In this document: piece after piece, positions 49,729 to 63,555 of the stretch
Position numbering within the stretch: the first letter of the stretch is position 1
Layout: each line of letters opens with the position of its first letter
Assembly: GCA_013265495.1 (NCBI GenBank)
Contig: MU058451.1
Span: forward strand, 62,001 to 126,000
Reading direction: 5' to 3'
Length of the DNA: 64,000 nucleotides
Origin: Vicugna vicugna
Taxonomy: Eukaryota
The notes under the pieces: model-generated
Told to the model about the DNA's origin: nothing
The model's database searches: none
Seen by the model: the letters and a program-made list of their open reading frames with translations, nothing else
Program-made: the position numbers and the translations under genes

Positions 49729-50934
49729 CCCAGTCCTTTTCTTAGTTCCCTCAAAGACGAGTCTCATTTGGGCATTATTTTTTCCCCAACAGAACTGATT
49801 CTCTTACCAACCATTGAGTCCCTCCTGTGCAAGACACACAGGTGCTGAGACACCCAGATTAGATGCTCACTAATTATTCCGTGGAAGAAGGACAGGAGGG
49901 AGGAAGAGAAAAAGAACGGGAACAAAGAGGAAGATGATTCTGGGTGTAAAAGAGCTCACAATTGGTGGTGAAGATCTTCTGTAAATAACTAACGGATATT
50001 TGGTAAAATAATGATGGTACACTTATTTCTTAAGAACATGTTTGGAAATGAATCTTTGTGAGCTCTGAATCACACAGGCATGCAAATATGGAATGTTTTA
50101 TGCAAGACGAATAACTTTAAATAGAGTATAAAGGTGGTGGGTTTGTATTTACAGTGAAAAATACACTCCAATCGCCCTGCATGTTCTCAAAATGCAGTAC
50201 GCTGCGTGATGGCATGATTTCAGCATATCTGCTTTTTAGCTAGTTATCAACCAATCATTAAGTGAGTAAACTCTTCACCCAGGGAATGCTGATGGCAGCA
50301 TTAGCCATAAATAAATAAGCTAGTATGTACAATAGCTAAATGAATAGACTTTTCCTTGGCGTTTTATGGCCTGGAAAGAATGCAGCTTTTCATTAAAGGA
50401 ATCATTTGAAAATGTGGAAACTGATACTGCCGCAGCTCCGAGCCCTCTGCCCATTGATAATGGCCTCTGGATTGATAGTGAGGGCCGGAGACTGATGTCC
50501 ATTTACTTTAGCAAAGATTGTTATTGAATGAAACCTTTAATGGGGGTGTTTATGACCCCACTCAGCTAAGAGCTCAGGAGGAGAGTCTTCCCCTCCACCT
50601 TGATGGCTCTTAGAGAATCAATACAGGTAATGTCAGCTGGTGGTTAGGCATCCTGTAAACAGAAAGGTAGAGCTGAAATGGAAACTGACAGGTAGCCACT
50701 GAGAAGGTCTGGAGTGAACACTCTGAAAGTGGAGCTCCTCTGGGGAGCGGGGGAGTGTCCTGCCATCCCATTACAGTCAGTGCTGGGATCAGACAGGAAA
50801 GGATTAGGAACAAAGCTCAGCAGCAGGGAAAAGCCACTCAGCTTAGGAAAGGCCTTCCATCAGGGCTTCAGGGCGGTATTCTTAGAGCCCAGAATTCATA
50901 TGGCTTGTTCATTTGTAGTAGCTGTCGGTGGTCT

Positions 50935-51400
50935 CATTTTTAAAGAAATTGTGGTAAAATACACAGAAAATTTACCATCTTAACCATTTTTCAGTGTGCA
51001 GTTCAGTGGCATTAAGGACTTTTCACACTGCTGTGCAGCCAGTTCCACCATCCAGCTCTAAGACTCTTTTTTCATCTTGCAAAAGCTCTGTATCTGTGAA
51101 ATACTAACTCCCCGGTTCCCCTCCTGGCCACCCCAGCCCAGGCGGCCATGGTTCTGCTTTCTGTCTCTATGAATCTGACTACTCTAGGCACCTCATATAA
51201 ATAAAATCAACAGTATTTGTCCTTTTGTGACAGGCTTGTTTCACTTAGAATAGTGTCCTCAAGGTTCATTCGTATTGTAGCATGTCATAATGTTCTTCCT
51301 TTTTAAAATGAAATTCTATTCCACTGAATGTACAGACCACATTTTGTTTACCTGTCATCTGTTGATGGACATGGGGTTGTTTCCACCTTTTGGCTACTGT
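50935..51400 (-). mobile_element. Old L1MA/MB-like 3' end
   Basis: Homologous to the relic at 50-500 (tttaccatcttaaccatttt, gttcagtggcattaag). Confidence 0.8.
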
Positions 51401-51454
51401 GTGGTCTCCTTTAGTGACCCTAAATTCACTTATTCATCTTCCCTAGACAGCAGT

Positions 51455-51582
51455 TTTTTTTTGTTTTTAGGATTTAAAAATTTTTTTACATTTTTTTCCC
51501 CTTAACAGAGGCACTAGGGATTGAACCCAGGACCCCCTGCATGCCAAGCACTCGCTCTACCACTGAGCTATACCAACCCCCC
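51455..51582 (-). mobile_element. Vic-1-like SINE
   Basis: Reverse copy; TSD gacagcagtttt. Confidence 0.85.
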
Positions 51583-53362
51583 ACCCCAGACTCCTGACAG
51601 CAGTTTTAAGACTCCAGGGCCCAGAAAACCTTCCTGAGATTCTTAGGAAAACAATGCTTGGTTTGAAGTCTCCTCCCCTCTTCACCCACCCTGAGGTTTC
51701 ATAAGCACTCCCCCGTAATTCTTAACCTCAGGCAAGTTTGAGAAACTTGGCTTCAGCTCCATAGGGACCCCTTTACTAGCTATAAGCCCGTCTTGTTTGG
51801 GATCTAAAACATTACAAGCTTGATAAATGGATGGCTGGTTGTATTTCTTTCAAAATTCAGATTCTTGGTCTTGCAGTATGTTATCTATTATTAGAAAGTT
51901 AGGGGCCAGCACTATCTCAGAGGTTGAATAAGTAAACAGCTGTAACCACAAACACACACTTCTCATTTTACATCTAAAATCAGTTTTCAAACCCAGATTG
52001 ATAGGCCACTTGACTGACATATGGGTTGTGGGATTAGGTTTCTCAGAGAGAATCTCCCATTCTGCATTTAAGTATTTCTGTAATTAAGGAAATTCACACA
52101 CAGACCTGCATTTTTTAGTCTCTCTTGACATTTTGTATTTGTTAGTCAAGTAATACAGACTGAAAAACCTGACACTCTTTGGAAGAACAATGGCATACAA
52201 GTCCCCAGGTAACTAGCGGACCAGGAGAGGCCTTTGTGACCTGCAAGCTGACAATGGCCGAAACTGCAGACTGGCCTTGCTCAAGGCTCTGCCCCCAGGA
52301 ACCTCCCCTGGGGTGTTTGTGAGTCTGCAGATCAGAACTCCAGGGCTGTGCAGAGCCTAAAGGGGCTTGCACTCGAGTGCTGTCTCCAGCACTGGCCTTT
52401 CCAGGATCTTCAGTCCTCCCCTTTGGCAAATGCAAAAGACTAGATTCTTGTATCATGCCTGCTCTTGAAACTACCCAGCCCTAGGCTCCCAGTCACCACA
52501 GAAGGTTTCAGGCCCTCGAGGTATGGGAATAAAAGACCTGCCCAGGGCTGGCCCAGCGGGGTATGGGTTTGAAGGGATTTGGTGTTTAACAGGGAAACAC
52601 AGAAAGCAGCCTCCCTCTAAGGGAGAACCTGCAAGAACAAGACACCCAGCCTATTTTTAGTGGAAGGGAGTTTCAAAATCAAATTTAAGACAATGTAGCG
52701 CTGGCACCTTTAAATAAGATAACCCTGGAGAGTGCAATTCACCAAGATGACTCAGCTTCCTTCCCTGGTTCACCACATCTTTGCACTTTGCAGCAACAGA
52801 GGGTGAGAAAATCTTTCCAAAGGAAAAAAAGAAGAAAAATCCTCTCATCATCAGAAACAAGCTGTTTTCCCTCTCAGTCGTTTTGCTGTATCAAATTGGT
52901 TAAGAATGGGGGGAGGGGGGAGTCACATATTAGGCCATACAATCAAATCTTACAACATAGTTTTTTTATTAGCATTTTAAAGATGATTGATACAGAGATG
53001 TCAAATAGAAAACACCATGGAATCAAATGGAAAAACACTTTACATTTTTAAAAACCACGAATGGAATTTCAATCCCTTTGGTATATTTTCTTGATAACAA
53101 ACTGCTTTCAACACAAAGTACCATGCTAGAAAAAAATCCAAAACAAATTTCACAGATTTATAGATAGATATTTACATACCATTAAAACACACAATTTAGC
53201 CCACTTTTTAATATCAGGTTACAAAAATCCTGAGATAATTTAAGATGAGAAAGAATGACAGTAAAAGAATATTTTGTCCTGAGATCACATGTAAAATTCT
53301 TTACCCTAGTTGTAATCAGGGCTAGATATCTCACTTCAAAATACTATAATTTATTTTTGGTA

Positions 53363-53448
53363 GGGGGTGGGTATAGCTCAGTGGTAGAGTCCACGCTTAA
53401 CATGCACAACATCCTGGGTTCAATCCCCAGTACTCCCATTTAAAAAAA
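53363..53448 (+). mobile_element. Vic-1-like SINE, short-tail form
   Basis: Forward copy. Confidence 0.85.
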
Positions 53449-53884
53449 ACCTTTTTTTTGTGAAGTTACTTTAAGCCCACAAAGCAATAAACTTTAAGTT
53501 CTTTGCAGCAACAAAAGTATTTTGTACTTTACATTTCCTGAATAAATAACTTCTTAAAATAAAGGAGAAAATACTGTTTTCTATGAAATTCCCATACTTT
53601 ATGTAGAGATCATCAATGAAGGAGAAATTTATCTCTATTTTATAGTATTCTTAACGCTGTTTTTTTTTTTCAAAATAATTTTGGCTATTCTATTTTGATA
53701 TTATGTCAATGAACAAAAAAGTGCTGTGATATATTTGAGTTAAATGTTTCTATGGAAAGAATATATAAATTTGCTCTCCTGAACTTTTTGGAGAGTGTCC
53801 ATAAAAATAACAGTTCAGGGCAATTACTGCCCCTAAGAAGTCATAAAGCATTCTGCAAAAGAAAAAAAATATATATATATATTT

Positions 53885-54008
53885 GGGGTGGGTAGGGAAG
53901 GTAATTAGGTGGAGGTAATTTATTTATTTAATTTAGGTACTGGGGATTGAACCCAGGACCTTATGCATGCTAAGCACACGCTCTACCACTGAGCTATACC
54001 CTTTCTCC
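53885..54008 (-). mobile_element. Vic-1-like SINE
   Basis: Reverse copy. Confidence 0.85.
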
Positions 54009-56634
54009 TTCATTCTGAAAATATTTAAAACTGCCATGAATGAAACACTGTGCAGACTGTCACATCAAAATTAGAACCACCAATAGACCATCTAGGATGG
54101 TGTCTGTGATCATACCTCTATCATATTGTGAGCGGCCGTTTCTCTAAACCCCAATTTACCACGTACTCTCTGGGTACAAACCCATTTATGACTTTACAGC
54201 CACAACTCGGCGCCTACTGCAGGCCCCACAGAGGTCCCAAACATCTGTCTGCTTTGTCCACTGCAACTGCCAGCTTCCCTGAGTCCTAAAAGCACACCCG
54301 GAGGGCCCATTAAGAGCTCCCTCAATATCACAGATGCCTCTTTACTTTAAGCCTTTTTTCCCCCAGGGTTCAGATGTCCTTTTTTATTACCACCCCTCCT
54401 TTTATTTTTTTACTTAATAAATGAACAGATAACATTTATCATCAGACATAGACTCAGACAGAGAAAAAGAATGTAAGCAGAGAAATTAACTCACAAGAAG
54501 GTCTCTAAATCCCATCGACCAAGCTAGTGGCTGAGAAAGTTCCGTGCTTCCAACAGTAAATGACAGCTGTGTTCTGTTGGTATCCCTATCCATTATAACC
54601 AAGAAGAGCACACTTTGACCTGCAATCTGCATTCTAATGGTTCCTCCTATTGAACCACTTTGTGATTTTGCCAAGTCACCCAGCTACTCAGTTTTACTCA
54701 CCAATAGGTTGCAGGGACTGAGAGGATAAATCAAATAAAGTGACGGTTCTCAAGCTTTGCTGGGTCCCCCCCTGGAACTTCTGATTTAGTAGATATTAGG
54801 TGGGGTTAGAGAATTTATTTGCCTTTCTAACAAGTTTCCAGGTGATGCTGATACTGCTGGTCCAGGAACCACTGAAAATCTATGTATCAATAATAAAATT
54901 CACATAATTCTGTCTCCCCTTTGCCTTCATTGACAGATTAAGGAGTTTTAGTTCAACTCTTTCCATGTGGTAATTTTTCTTCTACTCTGTCTTAGTCCAG
55001 TTTTTTATTCTTATTGCTATAAGCTTATCTAAATTATCTTTAGGAATAGGTGAGACACACATTTTAAAGAAACATAAGAGAGTTTAAGATAAGTACCAAA
55101 CGAAGATGTTATGAATTAACTGTATTTTCCAAATCAAAACTTGATATATGTAACCCGGTCAATATGACCAAAACTTTGTATAAACAGGTCAGATTAAATA
55201 AGGGGTTCCAGTTAGAGTGGGCATGCATGATTCACACACTGAGGGATTATTTGGGATGCATGCATTTTGGAATTAGTGCTAGAAAAGAGGGAAAAAAATT
55301 TTTTTTCACGTTCCTTTGCTAGTATTCTGATTCAAAGAACAAAGTAGTTAATTTGAATTATTCAACTAGTGAAAAAGCTGGCATTGCACCAGTTCCTGAT
55401 GTCTTGCTTTACTGTTTGGTTTTAAAATAACGTTCAAATCCAATACACCGTAAGAAATATACTTTGAACTAGCAGTCAGAGAAAGGCTGCCTAATTACAG
55501 GATGAGCCCTGATCTTTTCAAAAGACCATTGTTCTGACTTAATTAACATGAACTAAAACAGTCCTAAAACAACGGGGCACATTCCCATTAGGATAAATTA
55601 CTCAGACCTAGTCAACGCAGCCAAGGATTCCCCAGAGGAAAATCTATCACTGCCTTTTCCACCTGCACTACATCTCTTTCTCAGAGGACTCTGCCACAGC
55701 TGGGAGCCTCCCTCTGGAAGGGGCATCTGTTCCACACTGAAACTGCTCCAGTTTGAGACATGGACCCTGCATAAAGAGTGAAGAAAAATCCTAGGTAGCC
55801 AACAGAGTCATGACTAGGGATGTGACCTAGCAGATGGGTAGCAATGCTTGCCTATGATGCATTTTTATTCTGGGCTCCAATTTTCCATGTGAATTTTTAA
55901 AAGTTTGCTGTTGCTTGCCTTCATATAGGGAACAATGGGACCGTTAACAGAAAAACGCTCCTTCCTTTCGTAGCAGGAATCGTAAGTTGAGCATCATGGG
56001 TTCATTAAGAGGCTGGGCTTTGGGGTCAGGCAAACCTGGCTTTGCCTCTTAGAGGCAAATGTGGTGCCACTTCCCTCCCCCCTCAGCCTTGATTTCCTCA
56101 TCTGTAAAGAGGTAAACTCACAGGGTTCATGCTTTACCATGATGGCTACGTTTACCCACATGAGATGACACTGTCTCCCTGCCTATTAGAAAAGATGATC
56201 TCCACATGCTTGTCAGCCTTGTGACCATGTATATGGCATCGTCTATATGAGCACTGACCAGCTAATTAGAAGACCAACCAAAATTTCCACTTGTCTCTAC
56301 ATCAGGAATAAAATCAGGTTTTAAAACTAGAGCAATATAAACACACTAATTTATTTTTCAGCCTACTGCAAGGTTTAGCCTTTCCTTTGGTTTTAACTTT
56401 TCTTCCCCAACTGGTAAAGGTCACAGATGGTCGGGTGAATAAGTAACTTCTGTGTCCTCCAAGTAATTCTGTTGGGTGCTAAACGAACTATTAACAGGTA
56501 TTTGTCATATGATGGGGGAGGGGTAGAAACTAGGGGTTTAAAAATGAATCCAAATAAAGATGGGGGCTTAATTCATGTCTGAACACTTAGTTACAATACT
56601 GCTAAAGTTCAGGCTTGAATGAATTTTTAAAGAA

Positions 56635-56640
56635 TTTATT
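56635..56640 (-). terminator. PRDM14: Probable PRDM14 polyadenylation signal AATAAA
   Basis: tttatt on + strand, about 430 nt after the stop. A second AATAAA lies at 56350-56355. Confidence 0.6.
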
Positions 56641-57071
56641 CTATCAAGAAATATAACAGGGGATGGCTACAGGCATATTATAATCGGGGACCCGAGGCAA
56701 ATAGTAGAGAAAAAGCCTCCTTTTTTTTTTCATCATGTAATCAAAAGACTCTACTCCTAGTCCCTGAAATGAAATACAGTCCCTCTCAGGGTTGATGTTG
56801 AGTTTCCAGACCTTGAAGCCCTATTAGCAGTCAGTTTTCACAATTTCTAGTTGAATTCACCAAAAGTCCATTCTTTTAAGAAACTGTGAAAACCATTTCT
56901 GCAAACACTGCTAAAACCGCAGTCAGTAAACCTGGTAAATTCTGCTAATTGGTCAGTTCCATCATTCTGTTTCTCATCTCAATATAACTATCATTTTTTC
57001 ACAAGACACAGCCATACACAAGAAATATCAAGACAGAAATACAAAGACATTGTCCTCAAACTCTCAGAGGG

Positions 57072-57299
57072 CTAGTAGTTTTCATGAAACCTCACGTGGG
57101 AGTAGAAGGTGTCTTGATCTGCGAAGGTTTTCCCACAGATGCTACAGAAGCAGCCATCATCCTCCCTGTGTGAGCGTCGGACGTGGCTGTCGTGGGCAGC
57201 GTGGGACGCGAAAGATTTGCCACAGTACTTGCACTTGAAGGGCTTCTCCCCAGAGTGCTGCCTGATGTGTGTGCGGAGTATACTGGAGGCAGAAAACTT
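57072..57299 (-). CDS. PRDM14: PRDM14 last coding exon including TAG stop
   Basis: Acceptor tgttctctgcag|. Encodes KFSASSILRTHIRQHSGEKPFKCKYCGKSFASHAAHDSHVRRSHREDDGCFCSICGKTFADQDTFYSHVRFHENY*. Confidence 0.96.
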   Translation of the reverse strand, partial: KFSASSILRTHIRQHSGEKPFKCKYCGKSFASHAAHDSHVRRSHREDDGCFCSICGKTFADQDTFYSHVRFHENY

Positions 57300-57949
57300 C
57301 TGCAGAGAACAGAAAGCAGCAGAAAAAGTAAACTTTCATTAGCTGGACAACCAATTAGACAAAGGGGTTGATGTCATTGTCACTGATGCTTCTGTCACCC
57401 CCGAGTTCTCCAACCAAGGAACCTTCGGCTTTAATGCCACAGAGCACTCTTGGTCATCAGGAGCTGCCTTAATACAAAAGGACACGACTGCTGTATTGTT
57501 CTGGATGATTTTGAGTAGCCCTGGTTAGAACAGTGGCTCTCCAGTGGCCAAGACTACCTGGGGGTCTAGTCAAAAATGCACTGACCACCTACCTGCGAAG
57601 CATCCTGCTAAGTATACTCTTTGGGGTAATAAGGAAACTGCATTTAAGCAAGCAGGTCTTTGTATTATTATTATTATTGAAGTATAATCCATTCACAATG
57701 TTGTTAATTTCTGGTGTACATTACAGTAATTCATTTCTACATACATATATTCCTTTTCATGTTCTTTTTCATTATAGGCCATTACAAGGTATTGAATTTA
57801 GTTCCTGGTGCTGCACAGTAGGACCTTGTTGTTTAAGCAAGCAGTTCTGATGCAAGTGATCCCAGGATCACACTTCAAGATAAACTGCATTACAGAAGGA
57901 GTACTTAATACTGGCCAATGTCTTTGCATAAATCAGTAATTATTGGTTT

Positions 57950-59060
57950 CTTTCTTCTTTTTCTTAACTTAAACATTTTGAGATAATTGTAGGTTCACGT
58001 GCAGTTAGAAGAAACAATACAGATTCTATATACCCTTTACCCAGTTTTCCCCAATGGTTGTATCTTACTAAACTGTAGGACAATATCCCAACCAGGATAC
58101 TGAGATTGATAGAGTCAAGATACAGGGAGGGTGTAGCTCAGTAGTAGTGTGTACTTAGCAGCCATGAGTCCTGGCTTCAATCCCCAGAACCGCTATTATG
58201 AATAAATAAATAAACCTAACTACCTCCCCCTTCCCCCCAAATAAAATAATTTAATTTAAAAAAGATACAGAACATTTCCATCATAAGGACCCTCAAGAGT
58301 CCTCAAAATAGAAAGAAAAAAAAAAAATCCGGACAGCCCAAGGCCTCAGCTGTCACACGCATCAGAGCCCGTTGCTGTAGGTAGCCCGAGGCTGGCTTTG
58401 GGAACTGCACTACAGGTGAGGCGTCAACCAACGGCAGATAGCAAAGGAGCTGTAGCAAAGCAGAGGTCAAGGCAGACAGACTGGAGGGCGAGAGGAAAGG
58501 AAGACGGCGGACATCTTACAGGGAGAAGTGCAAGAAAAGCCACGTGTTTAGCGAGCTCATTTGCCAATCACAGAAAAGCAGAACTTATCCATTTTCAAAG
58601 GGAAAATAAATATCTCCACGGCTACCAAAAAACAGAGGAGGGGAGGGGACGGATGGGCATAGCCTCCCACTCCGACTGTTTTCTTAAGCCAGGGCAACCA
58701 CTCATCTGTTCTCCATTTTTAAAATTTTACTATTTGAAGAATGTTATGCACATGCAGGTACAGTATGTAACCTTCCGGGATTGGCTGTTCTCACTCAGGA
58801 TGATTCTCTGCAGATTCACTGAGGCTGTTCTGCGTACAATGGCTCACCCTTTTGCATGGCCGAGGAGTAGTCCACAGTGTGGAAGTCTACAGTTCATTAA
58901 TCACTTACCCATTGAAAGACTTCTGGGTTATTTTCAGTTTGGGGCTTTTATGAATAAAGCTGCTACTAAGGTTTTTGTATGAACGCATAAACCTTCGTTT
59001 TTCTGGGATAAGTGCCCAGGAGAGCAATTGCTGTGTTGTATGGCAGTTACAATTCCTAAG
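57950..59060 (-). mobile_element. Intronic L1MC-like relic interrupted by a SINE and an unknown insert
   Basis: taccctttacccagtttcccccaatggt-like start; ggcaaccactcatctgttctcc; gaataaagctgct. Confidence 0.75.
58124..58262 (+). mobile_element. Vic-1-like SINE inside an intronic L1 relic
   Basis: TSD aagatacag. Confidence 0.85.
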
Positions 59061-60000
59061 CACTTTGCTATTTTTATATATCTTTTTAAAAATTTTTTTT
59101 GAAGTAAAGTCAGTTTACAATGTTGTGTTAATTTCTGGTGTACAGCACAGTGATTCAGTTATGTATATATGCATATACCCTCTTTTTCATATTCTTTTCT
59201 ATTTACATATCTTTTCTTTGCTACTTTTTTCTTTCCCTTACTTACAACCTTTCCCCTAATTCATTTCAATACTCTGCTCTGACCTTTGTCATTTTCAAGT
59301 ATTTATTAGAGATGTGATGATTCTGTTTTGGGCGTCCATTGACAGTGATATAAAACATCAGGTTAAACCAGTGACCTTGGATGTGGGGGGCTGGGAGAGA
59401 AGCACTCGACATTGGGGTGTCCTGGACACATGTGGGGTTGGGCCACTGCTCCGTCAGGAGCATAGAGGGTGCTTGCCTAGAACACCCAGACCAGGACCAT
59501 CTCCATCGGCTTAAGTAACAGGAGTCTAATGTGTAAGTCAGAATGCCAGACAGCTCTTTCCGACCCAAGTGCATGCAGTTCCCTCTTCAGACACCTCTCA
59601 TCCCCAGGTCAGCTACAAATCCGAAGTGAGGATCAGAATTAGAATGCCAGAAACAGGAAGGGTGGTGGGCTGTTTTGACGTTGCTCCTGGAATCCTGCAG
59701 GAGACCATTTATCCGCCAGGGCAAACAGCTCGTTCACACAGATCCAGGGCCACCTTCCTCATGTTTGTGCTGGCTCCACAGGGGCTGGCTATGTCTCAGC
59801 CCCATTCTGCCACACTGATTATTTCCGTTCTATTGACACAGCTTCTTTGGTAGTACTCGTTTCCCTAAGCCTGGTAGACTTTTACTCCTGCTTTGTTCCT
59901 CTCTGGGAGGTTTAGAGGTCACCCTAAGGGAACCTAGATTCCTTTGATGACTTCATTATTAAAAAAAAGTAAATGACTCAGTGATAGAATCAGCAGGTTC

Positions 60001-60209
60001 CAGTGCTACCCGACAGGACCTTCTGCAGTGATGGAAATGATCTATATCTGTGCTATTCAATACGGTGGTCACCAGCCACCAAGAGTGGGGCTGTTGAGCA
60101 CCTGGAATGTTGCCAGTGCAACCAAGCTACTAAATGTTCAATTTTACCTCAGTTTTATTAAATTAAACAGCCACAAATGGTTAATGGCTAACTATACATT
60201 AGGTAGCAC
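60001..60209. mobile_element. MER3-like hAT DNA transposon
   Basis: cagtgct...gatggaaatg.tctatatctgtgct...gagcacctggaatgt...agccacaaatgg. Confidence 0.75.
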
Positions 60210-60669
60210 AGATGTATTATCACCAAAATAGTACGTGAAGTGTTTTGGTATTTTTTAAAAACACGGTCAAAATGTTGTTTCTAGCCCTGCAACCCCTAAC
60301 CAAATATTTGTCTCTTCATTCTTGTAACTCAATATTCTGTATAACGAAGATTAGACGCCACTTCAGCTATATTGTTCTGGAAACTCAGATCAGCGGCATT
60401 TGAGTCTATGCTCTGAAATACTACATGATCATGTCTGCTTTCATCAGGCTCCTGTAAATTTAGGGTCTATTTCATCATACACCCCCGAATGCCCATTGGC
60501 AATAGGAAGTTGTATCTGACCATTGTAAGCAAACATGAGTATATCTGGGATTGGAAATGGGAACTGGGCTGACAATGAACTAATTTACCAAGACCTCATC
60601 ATAAGACAGGCTTTATGCTCCAAATTCTTATCCATGGATACCCAAACAGGGCTCAAGACAGATCTTTTC

Positions 60670-60795
60670 TTTTTGTGTGTGTGTGTTGGGTAATTAGGTT
60701 TATTTCTTTCTTTCTTAGTGGAGGTACTGGGGATTGAACCCAGGACCCCGTGCATGTTAAGCACAGGCACTCCACCACTGAGCTATGCCCTCCCG
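60670..60795 (-). mobile_element. Vic-1-like SINE in a PRDM14 intron
   Basis: 17-bp TSD ctcaagacagatctttt. Confidence 0.9.
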
Positions 60796-60861
60796 CTCAA
60801 GACAGATCTTTTAAAAGAAAGTTCCATTTAAAACACTTAAAAAAGAGAAGGCTTCATTTAC

Positions 60862-60963
60862 CTTTGTACAGTACACACAGTGGTAGGGTCTGTCTCCAGA
60901 ATGGACTCTTATGTGTTTGTTTAGGCTTGAAGATTGAGAGAAACATTTCCCACACGTAGAACA
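60862..60963 (-). CDS. PRDM14: PRDM14 penultimate coding exon, 102 nt
   Basis: Acceptor ttttttgccttag|, donor AAG|gtaaat, phase 0/0. Encodes [34 protein letters not shown], in frame with both neighbours. Missed by the ORF track. Confidence 0.96.
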
Positions 60964-62000
60964 CTAAGGCAAAAAAGAAAAACAGAGCTGAAATCACACC
61001 TGCCCTTAACAAGTTAACGTCCCCATTCTGTTCACCTGGGGGAGACTGTGTTTCTTCTGTGTGCATCTGCAGGCAGAGGATAGAGCAGACCCAGGCTGAG
61101 GGGCTGGTAGGCAGGAGAAAGCCCGCCCAGGACTGCAGAGAAGGCTCCAGCAGCTCGGGCTCTGCTCCAGAGCCTTCACCATGCTGTGACTTCAGGCAAT
61201 TCATCTGAAGTCTTGGGATGTTAGCTGCTTCAGGTGTGAAACATGGGCGCTGGACAGGATCACGGTGATAACAAGGGGCCTGAATTTGTCCTGCTCTGTC
61301 AACAAATAGCTGTGTGACCAGAACAAATCAGTTAAACTTGGACTCTTTGTTTCCCGATCTTCCTCATGGGCAAAATACCTGCTCTGCCTTCCTCACAAGG
61401 CTGGAAGTGAACTGCAAGCCCCTAGCAATTTACTGAAGTATTCATGGAGAACCTACTATGTGCTCAACACTCTGCTAGAGACAAGGAGAGAAACCTAGTA
61501 GGGTGGGGACAAATATATAGACCAACATGGTGATGCAGGTGACAGGTGATTCAGGACATGTACCTATAAAAAAAGGGTAACATTTTGGAGGTCCAGTGAG
61601 AGGCGGTGGTAGAGTCACTTGCTGTAAACAGTTCAAGTCATTTCTCTGTGCTCTTGACCCTGAAGACTCCTATTGGATCTTTTCAGGAATTCTGAGCCAG
61701 ATAAAGGAAACTATGGTGTTTCCATGCCCTGCTCCCCAGGTGTGTTAATGGGCACAAATGGGAGACTGGGTCTTTTTGGATGGTGGGAATTTGGGGTGAA
61801 TATAAAAGTCTCCTTTAATTCTTCTCTACTACTTGAAGTTTTAATAATGAGCGTGTATTATCATTACTAAAGCAAAAAAAGTCAGATGTTGAGTTAATAT
61901 TGGAAAAAGAACAGCTCAATTATAAAAGAGAAGCAATCAGAACATGAAAACTTATTGGAAATTAAAAATGAACAACAACAAAAGTATAGATAGAAATGCT

Positions 62001-62120
62001 GGGGGAAGGAAATAGCTCAGTGGTAGAGTATGTGCTTAGCATGCACAAGGTCCTGGGTTCAATCCCCCTTACCTCCATTAAAAATAAATATATAAACCTA
62101 ATTACTCCCCCGCCAAAAAA
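62001..62120 (+). mobile_element. Vic-1-like SINE
   Basis: Forward copy. Confidence 0.88.
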
Positions 62121-62129
62121 AATTTTTTT

Positions 62130-62705
62130 TACTGCTGTATATGTTATGAACTCAGCTGACTGCTAAAGACTGAATACATGACGTAAAAAATAAGATTGGG
62201 GAATTCTCAGAGAACGCTAATAAAAAAAATCAAAAGTTAAGCACAGGGAGGTAGATTCAACTTAACATCTGGCCAAAAGGAATTTCAGGAGAGAATAAAG
62301 GTCTGGAAGGCAGATAAAAACAAAGGAAAGAACAAGAAAATTCCTTTGAGCTGAGGAATTGTATCTTCAGGTGGAAAGAATATTTTGCCTTCCACTGATT
62401 ACAAAGCAGGGGAAAAAAAAGAAAAAGAAAATGACATCTAATTTAACACATTCTATTAAAATTTCAGAACTCTGAAGATAAAGAACAATTTTCCCAAAGC
62501 AGAAAACTGACTACAAAGAAACAAGAACCAAATTAGCATCAAATGATAGAAGAAAATGAAATGATATTTTGAAAATTCTAAGGGAAAATTATTTCTATCT
62601 GAAATTCTATATCCAGCCAAATTATCAAAGACGTATGTAAGTAAAGTACCCTCAGACAAAGGACTCAGAAAATTTTTCACTATGCATCCTAAAAGATGAT
62701 TCCTT
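62130..62705 (+). mobile_element. Old L1 ORF1-region relic
   Basis: A-rich; gaaattctatatccagccaaattatca motif. Confidence 0.6.
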
Positions 62706-63555
62706 GAAGGTAAAACAGGGTTTTTCACCGTTGGTTGTACACCCAGCATCTTTGAATATTTAGATCAGTAATTTTTTCTCTTTCAGAAACTGGGACTTGT
62801 GAATCATTTCTCTGAAGTTCTGCATGTCTGTTTTACTTGAGCTTCTTTTTTTCAAATTAAATCAAATGTTTTCTTTGGGGCTCCAGCAGAAATTAAATAT
62901 ATTTTATCTTCTTGAAAGTTAAGTACTCAAACTAAAGTATATGAAATAAAGAAAACTAAAAGAGAATTAAAAAGGTTAAGCAGTAAAGATAAGAAAAGAG
63001 AAAAACCTCAACCCTCTGAAGGTGCAGTCAGTGCCCTGGGAAATTCAGGCTGAGATGTTGCCAGACCAGCTCAAGCTCCAACTCAGGACAAAATTCCTGC
63101 CAGAGAGTTGCAACCCAACGGGACATGGTATTTACAGTCGTAAGGGGCCAGTCCACTCAGGACTCAGGGAGACTCTGCAAAGAGAAGATACTAAAGAACT
63201 CTTGGAACACAGAGTATAAGAGGACCCAGCCTTTTAAAACTACTCTCCCTCCACTCTCCCCTAAAAACAACTCCTTTCTTGAAGTCCGAGTCATTTCACG
63301 TCACTACTTCCAGTTTCCATCCCTTCCCCATCATTCCTGTCACCTCTCAACCTCCTGGTCTGCAGCCCCCCAGGAACCCACAGTTCCTCTCCTCGAACTC
63401 CAAACCAAGACCCACCATTGTCCACGCTGTTTAGGCAAATGATCCAAATAACATCCTAGTAGACATTTCTTGACCTGACTCAGACACCCCTTTTCTGTAT
63501 TCTACTTTTATCAAAAACCAAAGCAAAACGAAAACTAATCTTGTAGCTTCTGATA

